64,000 nucleotides of DNA. It comes from Aquificaceae bacterium. Its GTDB lineage: Bacteria; Aquificota; Aquificia; Aquificales; Aquificaceae. Positions 1 through 7,848 of this stretch are shown here, piece after piece; positions within the stretch are counted from its first letter, which is position 1; each line of letters begins with the position of its first letter. The DNA lies in assembly GCA_041640635.1 (NCBI GenBank), contig JBEPZX010000006.1, positions 1 to 64,000 on the forward strand, given 5' to 3'. The position numbers were made by a program, and so were the translations under genes. Below the pieces are notes generated by a model. It searched no databases. It saw only the letters and a program-made list of their open reading frames with translations, and was not told the DNA's origin.

Positions 1-1120
1 TCAGTTCTTTCAGATTTTTATTTGTAGCGGCTATTATTCTTATATTTGCTTTTCTAACTTTTGTATCACCTAATCGTTCAAACTCTCCACTTTGCACCAA
101 GTTGAGTATTTTCGCTTGTAAATAAATAGGCATGTCTCCTATCTCATCCAGAAAAAGTGTTCCTTCGTTAGCTACTTCTACTTTACCAGGTTTATCTTTT
201 ATAGCTCCTGTGAATGCACCTTTTACATATCCAAATAGCTCAGCTTCCAAGAGATTTTCTGGTATTGCTGCACAATTCACCTTTACAAAAGGTCCATTCC
301 TTCGTGGTGAATTGTAGTGTATGTATTTGGCTAAAAGACTCTTACCCGTTCCCGTTTCACCTTCTATCAACACATTTACGGGGTATTCGGATACTGTCTT
401 AGCTTTTTCCAAAACTCTTTTAAATATGGTGTTTTTTGTTATAAGACTTTCATCCTGTCCTATGGTGCATGTGACAATTTCAGGAAGAATGTAAACAGAT
501 AAGACGTAACCACTGCCAGAACCTAAAGGGGACAAAAGTACAGAAGCCTTTTGTTTTCCACATGGCGTATTTACATACACATCAAACCTATTTCCTTCAG
601 GTTTTAAGTCTTCTATAGACAAACCTATTAAATCCTTGATACTCAATCCGTCAATTTCTCTTTCTTCCATGCATAACATCCTCTTAGCTATGTTGTTGTA
701 GCGTATTATGTTCCCTTCTGGAGAGAGTACTACAATAGCTTCAACTATGGAATTTAAAACTACTTCTGTGAACTCCTTTTGCTTCTTTACCTCTTCCATG
801 TAGAAAATGACATTGCTTACATCTCTAAAAACTTCCAAAACACCTATAAATTCACCTTTCTCAAATACTGGGCTCATACTCCAGCAGACATGTTTACCAT
901 TATTTAATGTCACATCGTATATCTGCAGTCCTTCTCCCTCTTCTTCAACTAAGTAAAAAGGACAGGATTTGCATGAAGAGAAAAGGCCCTTACAGGTTTT
1001 ACCTAACTTTAAATCCTCTCCAAGAATCTGCTTTGCACTTTTGTTAGCGTAAACGACTTTAAAGTCTTTATCTATAAACAAAACGGCATCAAAAATACTA
1101 TCGAAAGCTTCCAAGTTCAT
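1..1120 (-). CDS. sigma54-dependent enhancer-binding transcriptional activator with two N-terminal PAS-like domains (3' end runs off the window)
   Basis: Manual translation from ATG at 1120 (MNLEAFDSIFDAVLFIDKDFKVVYAN...): Walker A GETGTGKS, NCAAIPENLLEAELFG, GAFTGA, LFLDEIGDM, RIIAATN. Absent from the ORF track because it is truncated by the window edge. Confidence 0.93.
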   Translation of the reverse strand, partial: MNLEAFDSIFDAVLFIDKDFKVVYANKSAKQILGEDLKLGKTCKGLFSSCKSCPFYLVEEEGEGLQIYDVTLNNGKHVCWSMSPVFEKGEFIGVLEVFRDVSNVIFYMEEVKKQKEFTEVVLNSIVEAIVVLSPEGNIIRYNNIAKRMLCMEEREIDGLSIKDLIGLSIEDLKPEGNRFDVYVNTPCGKQKASVLLSPLGSGSGYVLSVYILPEIVTCTIGQDESLITKNTIFKRVLEKAKTVSEYPVNVLIEGETGTGKSLLAKYIHYNSPRRNGPFVKVNCAAIPENLLEAELFGYVKGAFTGAIKDKPGKVEVANEGTLFLDEIGDMPIYLQAKILNLVQSGEFERLGDTKVRKANIRIIAATNKNLKEL

Positions 1121-1129
1121 AAGACTTAA

Positions 1130-1516
1130 TTATAAGTTCCAATCGGTAAGCACTTTTGACATCATTCTCAAGCTTTCTTCAAAAGAAGACATGTATTTCA
1201 TAGCGGTTATCATGGAACCTTTGAACTTTAAACGCTTTGTAAGCATAGCAGCCTTTGGTCCTATATCTCCAGTAGCTAGCTTCTTCCAATTTTCCAATGT
1301 AGCCCACAGCTCGAAGTCGTAATTCGCACCATTAGCTTTCGCTGCTTCCTTTGCTATACCATTTTCTACTACTATATGCACCGCTTCATCGCTTTTACCT
1401 TCCACGTAATACTTTATCGAAGCACTAAAGTCCCTTAAGCTGCTCTTTAGTCTCTCATTGCTATTCCATTCTTGCATGTAAGCTTTTATCCAATCTTCAG
1501 ATAAGAATTTATACAT
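1130..1516 (-). CDS. SCP2 sterol/lipid-binding domain protein
   Basis: MYKFLSEDW... start with GGAGG RBS; C-terminal AMLTKRLKFKGSMITAMK is typical of SCP2 (GxLKxxGxxxxAMK). Confidence 0.8.
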   Translation of the reverse strand: MYKFLSEDWIKAYMQEWNSNERLKSSLRDFSASIKYYVEGKSDEAVHIVVENGIAKEAAKANGANYDFELWATLENWKKLATGDIGPKAAMLTKRLKFKGSMITAMKYMSSFEESLRMMSKVLTDWNL

Positions 1517-1533
1517 CTCTTCCTCCACATTAC

Positions 1534-1556
1534 AAAAAGGGTCCGCTACGGACCCC
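1534..1556 (-). terminator. intrinsic terminator/attenuator between the DUF2173 pair and the SCP2 gene
   Basis: Minus strand GGGTCCG-TAG-CGGACCC followed by TTTTT. Confidence 0.75.
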
Positions 1557-1572
1557 AACTTTCATGTTTTTA

Positions 1573-1908
1573 TCACCTGTTGGCAACTTCTCTTAGCGCC
1601 TTGAATACTTCATTGAAGGAAACCTCGTCGTTGTTCACAAATACGCCTACGTTACCCATTACACATACTGAGTACTTCGGACCTGTGAGAGCCCAACCAT
1701 GAAGTGGTGTCCATTCTTGTCCAGAAAAAGCCGTATACCCTTGCGTTTGCATTTCTGCCATCATTGTATTGGCAGCGCACATCATTGCTGCCATAGCAGC
1801 ATGTTCTTCAGAGATGTTTCCTTTATAAGCTAAGAGCTTTCCATCCTGAGAAAACTCCCCAGCGGCCCAAACTCCTTTAACGGACATGAGCTTGTCTAAG
1901 TTTGCCAT
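1573..1908 (-). CDS. DUF2173 family (Roadblock/LC7-like) protein, paralogue 2
   Basis: MANLDKLMSVKGVWAAGEFSQDGKL...AAMMCAAN...GWALTGPKYSVCVMGNVGVFV; AGGAGG RBS before ATG 1908. The longer track ORF is a spurious extension. Confidence 0.8.
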   Translation of the reverse strand: MANLDKLMSVKGVWAAGEFSQDGKLLAYKGNISEEHAAMAAMMCAANTMMAEMQTQGYTAFSGQEWTPLHGWALTGPKYSVCVMGNVGVFVNNDEVSFNEVFKALREVANR

Positions 1909-1924
1909 GATAAACACCTCCTTT

Positions 1925-2266
1925 TTAAATGTACTTGGATAAAGCTTCAAAGGTTCTATCAAAGTCAGCTTTGTCAAGCTCAACAAATACGCCAACATTA
2001 CCCATAATGCATGCTGCATACCTACCACCCGCAACGGCAAACCCCAACACTGGGTAAAATCCACCCTGATTGGTATATGCACTCCAACCTTTCGCCTGCA
2101 TATTCCCCATCAGCTTATTGGCGGCGCACATCATAGCCGCAATTTCTGCAGCTTTTTCATCAATGTCGCCATAGTAAGCTGTTAACCTTCCATCGTCTGT
2201 AAATTCACCAGCTGCAATAGCACCTGGTAAGGACATAAGTTCTTTGAGCTTGCTTAAAGTTGCCAT
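1925..2266 (-). CDS. DUF2173 family (Roadblock/LC7-like) protein, paralogue 1
   Basis: MATLSKLKELMSLPGAIAAGEFTDDGRL...AAMMCAAN...CIMGNVGVFV; AGGAGG RBS; clear paralogue of 1573-1908. Confidence 0.8.
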   Translation of the reverse strand: MATLSKLKELMSLPGAIAAGEFTDDGRLTAYYGDIDEKAAEIAAMMCAANKLMGNMQAKGWSAYTNQGGFYPVLGFAVAGGRYAACIMGNVGVFVELDKADFDRTFEALSKYI

Positions 2267-2306
2267 AGCCTTCACCTCCTTAAAGAGTTTTTCATTTACT
2301 TATATG

Positions 2307-2321
2307 GCAAAAAACGTGCCA
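2307..2321 (-). promoter_or_regulatory. sigma54 (-24/-12) promoter of the DUF2173 operon
   Basis: Minus strand TGGCAC-GTTTT-TTGC matches the consensus TGGCAC-N5-TTGC, about 40 bp upstream of the ATG at 2266. Confidence 0.88.
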
Positions 2322-2392
2322 AACTTTTGTTTTTATAAAAGCCTTTCCAAGCAAAGATCTACTAAATGGGTATTTTTGTAAAAAATGTAGCG

Positions 2393-2423
2393 TGTTGCAA
2401 CATTGTTGCATCCATATGCAACA
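2393..2423. promoter_or_regulatory. candidate upstream activator sequence for the sigma54 activator
   Basis: TGTTGCAACA palindrome (2393-2402) plus TGTTGCA-tccata-TGCAACA inverted repeat (2404-2423), about 70-100 bp upstream of the -24 box. Confidence 0.65.
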
Positions 2424-2471
2424 CATAAATAAAAACTTGAAAAGATATAGTATTCGTATAATTTCTTTTTT

Positions 2472-2975
2472 ATGATTAGGAAAATTGTAAAATACCCAGA
2501 TCCTGTATTGAAGACACCTACAAATAAAGTAGAAATCATAGATGAAAGTGTTAAAAATTTAGTTAAAGACATGTTTGAAACCATGTACCATGAGGAGGGC
2601 GTAGGTTTAGCAGCAAATCAAATAGGTGTATCTTTGAGCATAATGGTAATAGATACAACACCCAAAAAGGAATCACCACCAATAAAGGTTGTTCTTATAA
2701 ATCCGGAAGTTTTAGATATGGAAGGAAAAATTACCTATAGGGAAGGCTGCCTATCTTTTCCAGGACTTACCGTAGAGGTACAAAGAAGTAGCAAAGTTTG
2801 GGTAAAGGCTCTGGATTTAGAAGGAAAAGAAAAAGAGTATATTTTTGAAGGATTTCCAGCTATCGTGTTTCAGCATGAATTTGACCATCTAAGTGGAATT
2901 ACATTTGTAGATAGATTAAACGGTTTGAAGAAAAGATTAGCCCTGGAAAGATACTCTAAACTTCAAAAGGTATGA
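2472..2975 (+). CDS. def: peptide deformylase
   Basis: GVGLAANQIG, EGCLS and QHEFDHL motifs. Confidence 0.97.
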   Translation: MIRKIVKYPDPVLKTPTNKVEIIDESVKNLVKDMFETMYHEEGVGLAANQIGVSLSIMVIDTTPKKESPPIKVVLINPEVLDMEGKITYREGCLSFPGLTVEVQRSSKVWVKALDLEGKEKEYIFEGFPAIVFQHEFDHLSGITFVDRLNGLKKRLALERYSKLQKV

Positions 2976-3223
2976 AGGTAGAAATCCTAAAGTTCTACCC
3001 CTTTGAGGTAAGTATTAAAAAACCTAAAATTGTTGCTTACGCAGATGTAGAAATTGAAGGGCTGATTGTTATAAAAGGGGTTAAACTTTTTGAAAACAAA
3101 TACGGCGGTTACTTTATACAGGTTCCGGAATGTATCAGTGTAAAGTCAAAAGTCTTACTTGAAAGTATCCGAAGAGTAGTTGTAGACACGTTTAAGGAAA
3201 GTGTCCGTAGCTCAGCTGGATAG
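2972..3223 (+). CDS. SpoVG-like small nucleic-acid-binding protein
   Basis: KIVAYADVEIEGLIVIKGVKLFENKYGGYFIQVP resembles SpoVG; ATGA overlap with def. Confidence 0.6.
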   Translation: MKVEILKFYPFEVSIKKPKIVAYADVEIEGLIVIKGVKLFENKYGGYFIQVPECISVKSKVLLESIRRVVVDTFKESVRSSAG

Positions 3224-3274
3224 AGCGAGGGTCTCCGAAGCCCTAGGTCGGGGGTTCAAGTCCCCCCGGACACG
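3201..3274 (+). tRNA. tRNA-Arg(CCG), CCA not encoded
   Basis: GTGTCCG/CGGACAC acceptor stem, D-arm GCTC...GAGC, anticodon loop CTCCGAA, T-loop GTTCAAG. Confidence 0.95.
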
Positions 3275-3323
3275 CTTAATGCTATAATCCCCAAATCTAT
3301 AAAAACATAACGCATCTTATATG

Positions 3324-3352
3324 TTGACAAGTTGATAGTAATGTACTAAATT
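3324..3352 (+). promoter_or_regulatory. sigma70-type promoter of hsp20
   Basis: TTGACA-17 bp-TAAATT. Confidence 0.65.
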
Positions 3353-3387
3353 TATATATATAAAACTTTATAAAGGAGGTGGAAGCC

Positions 3388-3819
3388 ATGAGGAGAGGAT
3401 TGATGCATTGGAACCCTTTTGCAGAACTTGAGAGAATAAGAAGGGAGTTTGACAAATTGTTAGAAGAGTTTACCCCTACGGTAGCAATTGAAAAGGTTTT
3501 TAGTCCAGCTATAGAAGTTTACGAAACGGACAAAGAAGTTGTAGTGAAAGCTGAATTACCTGGTATTAAGAAGGAAGATGTAGAAGTAACCATCAAAGAT
3601 AATACACTACACATAAAAGGAGAAAAGAAAGAAGAAAGAGAGGAAAAAACAGAAACTGTACATATTGTAGAAAGGGCATATGGAAAGTTTGAAAGGACGA
3701 TAAGTTTACCAAAGGACGTAAAACTAGAAGATATCAAAGCTGAATATAAAGATGGCGTGTTGGAAATAAAACTACCTAAGGCAGAAACTGCAAAAGAAAC
3801 AAAGATAGAGATAAAGTAA
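3388..3819 (+). CDS. Hsp20/alpha-crystallin small heat shock protein
   Basis: AELPGIKKEDVEV...ERAYGKFERTISLP...AEYKDGVLEIKLPK; AAGGAGG RBS before ATG 3388. Confidence 0.95.
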   Translation: MRRGLMHWNPFAELERIRREFDKLLEEFTPTVAIEKVFSPAIEVYETDKEVVVKAELPGIKKEDVEVTIKDNTLHIKGEKKEEREEKTETVHIVERAYGKFERTISLPKDVKLEDIKAEYKDGVLEIKLPKAETAKETKIEIK

Positions 3820-5109
3820 TTAAGGGAAGCCCTTCGGGGCTTTCCTTTCTATAAGTGCACCTAAGCGTTTTAGTTTATTTTCCATACCTTCATACCCTCT
3901 ATCTAGATGGTATATGTCTCTTATTACCGTCGTGCCTTCTGCTACCAAACCAGCTAACACCAAGCTAGCAGAAGCTCTAAGATCCGTAGAAAAAACTTCT
4001 GCACCATATAGCTTTTCTACACCCTCTATTATAGCTGTTCTACCTTTTACAGTAATGTTAGCACCCATTCTTTGTAGTTCTGCTACATGCTGAAATCTGT
4101 TTTCGAATATATTTTCCGTTATTTGGGATACACCATTACCTAGGGTAAGCATTGCCATAAACTGAGCCTGCATATCCGTTGGAAAACCAGGATATTCAGA
4201 TGTAGATATATTTAAGCTGTTTATCTTTCCAGATGATGCTATTCTGAGCTTATCACTCCCCATTATTTCCACTATTGCTCCTGCATCCTTTAGTTTCTCT
4301 ATCACGCTACCCAAATGCTCGTATTTAACACCTTCCAGAATTACATCACCGTTGGTAATAAAAGCAGCTACCATAAAGGTTCCCGTTTCAATTCTATCAG
4401 GTATTACTATGTGATTAAAACCTTCAATATCCGGATTACCCCTTATTATTGCTGTTCTGTCGTATATCTCAATTTCAACACCCATTTTTTTTAGAACATG
4501 TACAAGATCTATAACTTCAGGTTCTAGGGCGATGTTTCTTAAAATGCTTCTGTTTGGACACCTACTCAAGAACATTAATGCATTTTCTGTCCCTGTAACC
4601 GTTATAACATCAAAGGTGTGTTCTATTGGTTTCACCTTATCGACAGTCAAGTGTATATAACCATGTTTTATGTTTATTCTCGCACCACCCTTTTCAAAAA
4701 CCTTTAGATGTTGATCAATGCTTCTAACTCCGATTGAACAACCACCAGGCATAGCCACAACAGCTACACCAAACCTAGCCAGAAGTGGTCCTGCAGATAA
4801 AATAGATGCCCTCATCCTTCTTACAAGACTTTCTGGTGCATAAAAGTTGTTAACTTTAGATGTATCCACTACAACTCTGCTTCTTTCTTTTACCACAGAA
4901 GATCCAAAGTTCCTGAGGAGTTCTATCGTAGTCTTCACATCCAAAAGCTCAGGTACGTTATCTACAGTGCAAACTTTGTCTGTTAGTAACGTAGCCATTA
5001 ATATAGGGAGTGCAGCATTCTTCGAACCTGATATATGGACTTTCCCCTTTAAAGGTCTGCCACCTTCTATAAGAAAGTAGTCAGAAGTATATAATGTTGT
5101 GTTTTTCAT
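3820..5109 (-). CDS. murA: UDP-N-acetylglucosamine 1-carboxyvinyltransferase
   Basis: SGSKNAALP, MRASIL, PGGCSIGVR, PGFPTDMQAQ, DLRASASL. Confidence 0.97.
   Translation of the reverse strand: MKNTTLYTSDYFLIEGGRPLKGKVHISGSKNAALPILMATLLTDKVCTVDNVPELLDVKTTIELLRNFGSSVVKERSRVVVDTSKVNNFYAPESLVRRMRASILSAGPLLARFGVAVVAMPGGCSIGVRSIDQHLKVFEKGGARINIKHGYIHLTVDKVKPIEHTFDVITVTGTENALMFLSRCPNRSILRNIALEPEVIDLVHVLKKMGVEIEIYDRTAIIRGNPDIEGFNHIVIPDRIETGTFMVAAFITNGDVILEGVKYEHLGSVIEKLKDAGAIVEIMGSDKLRIASSGKINSLNISTSEYPGFPTDMQAQFMAMLTLGNGVSQITENIFENRFQHVAELQRMGANITVKGRTAIIEGVEKLYGAEVFSTDLRASASLVLAGLVAEGTTVIRDIYHLDRGYEGMENKLKRLGALIERKAPKGFP
3823..3850. terminator. hairpin at the hsp20/murA convergence (overlaps the murA 3' end)
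   Basis: AGGGAAGCCC-TTCG-GGGCTTTCCT followed by TTCT; UUCG tetraloop. Confidence 0.7.
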
Positions 5110-5254
5110 CTTTCTTTATTATTATCTTCACTATGCGCCCATCCCTATTGTAATACAGCACCACACCATCATCTTCTTCAATATCTACTGCAACTTCATC
5201 CGAGTATATAACAACTATTTTTTCTTGGTCTTCTAAAACCTTTGGATACATCAT
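5081..5254 (-). CDS. small hypothetical protein (DUF2283-like)
   Basis: 57 aa; overlaps both neighbours in operon fashion; EEDDGVVLYYNRDGRIVKI pattern. Confidence 0.5.
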   Translation of the reverse strand: MMYPKVLEDQEKIVVIYSDEVAVDIEEDDGVVLYYNRDGRIVKIIIKKDEKHNIIYF

Positions 5255-5550
5255 ATTCTTACCACTACACAAGTTAATGCTTCTTTTACACCTTCTAAAG
5301 AATGTATTTTATTTATAACAAGCCTTCCAAGTTCATCCTGATTTTTAACTTCTGTAAATACTATAATGTCATAGGGTCCAGTTACTACATCAGCTGTCTT
5401 TACACCTTCGAATGTTGAGAGTGCAAGCATGATAGATGGTATCTCTCTCGGATCTGCCTTTATTAGGATATAGGCCTTTATTGAGTACTCAGACTCAAGC
5501 TCCATTATTTCTGTTATGGACATTGGATACCCTTCTTGTTTCGTTTCCAT
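5251..5550 (-). CDS. stand-alone Lrp/AsnC ligand-binding domain protein
   Basis: KAYILI...VVTGPYDIIV...LEGVKEALTCVV; GGAGG RBS. Confidence 0.85.
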   Translation of the reverse strand: METKQEGYPMSITEIMELESEYSIKAYILIKADPREIPSIMLALSTFEGVKTADVVTGPYDIIVFTEVKNQDELGRLVINKIHSLEGVKEALTCVVVRI

Positions 5551-6724
5551 CTGTTACCTCCTGAAGGAATATTTTAAACAATGCTTTAGCCGACTCGGGA
5601 TTTCTTTTTATTTCTTCGATTACCCTATGAATTGTATACCTAACTTTCCAACTTTTCTCCATCTCCTCTTTCCATTCTTGTCTGAGCTTTATAATTTGTT
5701 TTTCAATACCAACAAATTCAAGCCATCTCATAAACTTCTCTACTTCATCCCATATGATTATTTCCGCTTTCTCTTTTTCTTTAAGACGCTCCATTAAATT
5801 CTTTTGAGCTACTTCCTTCAAATCATCTACATCGTACAAAAATACATCCTCTATATCGTTTATCTTAGGATCAATATTTCTAGGTACGGATATATCCACT
5901 ATAAAAACTGGTCTGTACTTTCTCTTTTTTATAGCTTTTTCGTATGAGTCTTTTGTAAGGATGTATTCTTTTGATGCAGTAGAACACAAAACCACATCGT
6001 ATTCGTGTATGTAATCCAATAAATTTTCAAATCTGATAGCGTTACCCTCAAGTTTCTTAGCGATTTCTATAGCTTTTTCGTAGGTCCTGTTAGTTATGAA
6101 AATATGCGCTTGTAGTTTTTTTAAATAGCTTGCAGCTAGTTCTGCCATCTCACCTGCACCTATTAACAAGACCTTTATGCCCTTTAAATTTCCAAAAATC
6201 TTCTTTATAAGTTCCACAGCTGCGTAACTCACAGAAACTGCATTTTTGCTTATACCAGTTTCCGTTCTCACTCTTTTTGAACACCTGAGCGCCCTTTCAA
6301 AGATTCTGTTTAGTATCTTACCTAGCGTCCCTACCTCTTTGGCTACATAGAAAGCTTCTTTAAATTGGGATGTTATCTGGGGTTCACCAACTACCATTGA
6401 ATCTAGGCTAGAAGCAACTCTAAATATATGAGCTACAGCTTCCTTTTCCTCTAAAAAGAAGGAGTATTTCTTTATGCTTGGAGTTAAACCTTTCAACTCT
6501 ATAAGAGTATTTATCAATTTATAAACATTTTCATAATCATCTCCAATAGCATAAAGTTCAACCCTATTACATGTAGAAATCAGGACAAGCTCTTCTGCTC
6601 TGGAAGTAAATTTTAAGATAGGTAGTATGTGTCTTGCTTCATCTTTACTGCATGCTAGCTTCTCCCTATACTCTAAGGGAGCCTTTTTAAAATTTAGACC
6701 CCATACAAATATGTTTTTTATCAT
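5495..6724 (-). CDS. hemA: glutamyl-tRNA reductase
   Basis: STCNRVE, SSLDSMVVGEPQI, GAGEMA, DISVPRNID. Confidence 0.97.
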   Translation of the reverse strand: MIKNIFVWGLNFKKAPLEYREKLACSKDEARHILPILKFTSRAEELVLISTCNRVELYAIGDDYENVYKLINTLIELKGLTPSIKKYSFFLEEKEAVAHIFRVASSLDSMVVGEPQITSQFKEAFYVAKEVGTLGKILNRIFERALRCSKRVRTETGISKNAVSVSYAAVELIKKIFGNLKGIKVLLIGAGEMAELAASYLKKLQAHIFITNRTYEKAIEIAKKLEGNAIRFENLLDYIHEYDVVLCSTASKEYILTKDSYEKAIKKRKYRPVFIVDISVPRNIDPKINDIEDVFLYDVDDLKEVAQKNLMERLKEKEKAEIIIWDEVEKFMRWLEFVGIEKQIIKLRQEWKEEMEKSWKVRYTIHRVIEEIKRNPESAKALFKIFLQEVTDGNETRRVSNVHNRNNGA

Positions 6725-6780
6725 TCAGAAATAATATAATGCCTTTAAAAGCTTCTTTGCAAGAAGGTAATGTTTCTGTG

Positions 6781-7317
6781 TTATCTGAAAAGGGCTAATT
6801 TCTCAAAAATAGATTTTACGTAGTTCCAATTGTTCGCTCTAATACCATTGTATGCTTTTACAGCCATAGTCCAATCTTTAAAATTCTTATAATTTTCGTA
6901 TAGTATTCTTGTCCCGATTTCTATATTAGTTTTTATGTCATAGAGTTGATTAGGATCCTGTATTCCATACTCCTTCATAAGTTTTATATTATGCTGATAG
7001 TTAACCTGCATAAGACCCCTGTCTTCCGTCCCATCTCTATTTTTGTTATAAGCCATTGGATTAAATGAACTTTCTTGTTGAATTATCGCAAGTATTAGTT
7101 CTTGTGGTACACCATACTTCTGGGCGCTTTTTCTAACTTCCTGTAAAATAGCCTCAGTTATGTGAGGCTTAGTTGTGCCCTTCATACTTGGTAAACTTGT
7201 TTCCTGACTATCCTTTATCGCGTCACTCAAAACTTCACTAAAGTTGTCACTTTGGCTATTAGGTATATGTTTACTGCGTGTCACTTTTAGAAAAAGATGT
7301 TGGTTATCTATTCTCAT
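6781..7317 (-). CDS. lytic transglycosylase (SLT domain)
   Basis: AIIQQESSFNP, GLMQV, NIEIGTRIL, AVKAYNG; likely ATG at 7317. Confidence 0.9.
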   Translation of the reverse strand: MRIDNQHLFLKVTRSKHIPNSQSDNFSEVLSDAIKDSQETSLPSMKGTTKPHITEAILQEVRKSAQKYGVPQELILAIIQQESSFNPMAYNKNRDGTEDRGLMQVNYQHNIKLMKEYGIQDPNQLYDIKTNIEIGTRILYENYKNFKDWTMAVKAYNGIRANNWNYVKSIFEKLALFR

Positions 7318-7759
7318 CCCTTTTACTCCTACAGTCAGAACATATCCCAAATATTTCTAATCTATGGTTAACAGGGGAAAAGTTGTATTCTTTACAAACT
7401 TCTTCTTGAAGCTCCTCTATTTTTTCTTTATTGAATTCAATGATTTTTCCACATTCTATACATACCAAATGCTCGTGGTGGGGCTTACCAGCAATGAACT
7501 CATAAATGGTGCGATTATTAAGCTTTATAACTTCTCTAATAGCACCAAACTCTTGTAAGAGTTTAACAGTTCTGTATACAGTGGACCTAGAAGCTATTTT
7601 TTTATCCTCCTGTGTTATCCAATTTACCAAATCTTCTATCTCAAAGTGAGAGCTATATCTGGCAATAATGTCTATAATATCAAACCTACTCTTTGTTATC
7701 TTACATCCTTTTTGTTTAAGATAAGATTCAAATTGGTTTTTTAGTGTTTCAAGTTGCAT
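7304..7759 (-). CDS. fur: Fur-family metal-dependent transcriptional regulator
   Basis: SRSTVYRTVKLL helix, HHEHLVCIECG, C-terminal CSDC. Confidence 0.85.
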   Translation of the reverse strand: MQLETLKNQFESYLKQKGCKITKSRFDIIDIIARYSSHFEIEDLVNWITQEDKKIASRSTVYRTVKLLQEFGAIREVIKLNNRTIYEFIAGKPHHEHLVCIECGKIIEFNKEKIEELQEEVCKEYNFSPVNHRLEIFGICSDCRSKRDENR

Positions 7760-7770
7760 GATAGTTTTTT

Positions 7771-7799
7771 AATATAAAACAAATGAGTCTCATTTGCAA
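7771..7799 (-). promoter_or_regulatory. fur promoter with a palindromic operator in the spacer
   Basis: TTGCAA-17-TATATT on the minus strand; perfect 8-1-8 repeat CAAATGAG-T-CTCATTTG at 7780-7796. Confidence 0.75.
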
Positions 7800-7848
7800 T
7801 AACTTTTAATAAACGTCATACTAGTTTCCAAAAACTACTAGCTTTAAG

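Noticed and set aside
132..402. Short plus-strand ORFs 132-317 and 214-402
   Set aside because: Antisense shadows of the sigma54 activator; the same applies to the many other short antisense ORFs inside ftsH, hisA, ilvD, tkt, fabF and others.
1909..2082. N-terminal extension of the 169-aa track ORF
   Set aside because: Overlaps the upstream paralogue in another frame; the RBS and paralogue alignment place the start at 1908.
2305..2319. Plus-strand GG-N10-GC (TGGCAAAAAACGTGC) as a second sigma54 promoter toward def
   Set aside because: Poorer match than the minus-strand site, a by-product of its near symmetry; def has its own TATAAT.
3324..3370. CIRCE or HAIR heat-shock operator upstream of hsp20
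   Set aside because: Neither TTAGCACTC-N9-GAGTGCTAA nor CTTGAGT-N7-ACTCAAG is present.
5251..5550. Lrp-like gene next to hemA as a siroheme decarboxylase (Ahb/Nir) subunit
   Set aside because: Too short and lacks the N-terminal HTH; fits a stand-alone AsnC ligand-binding domain.
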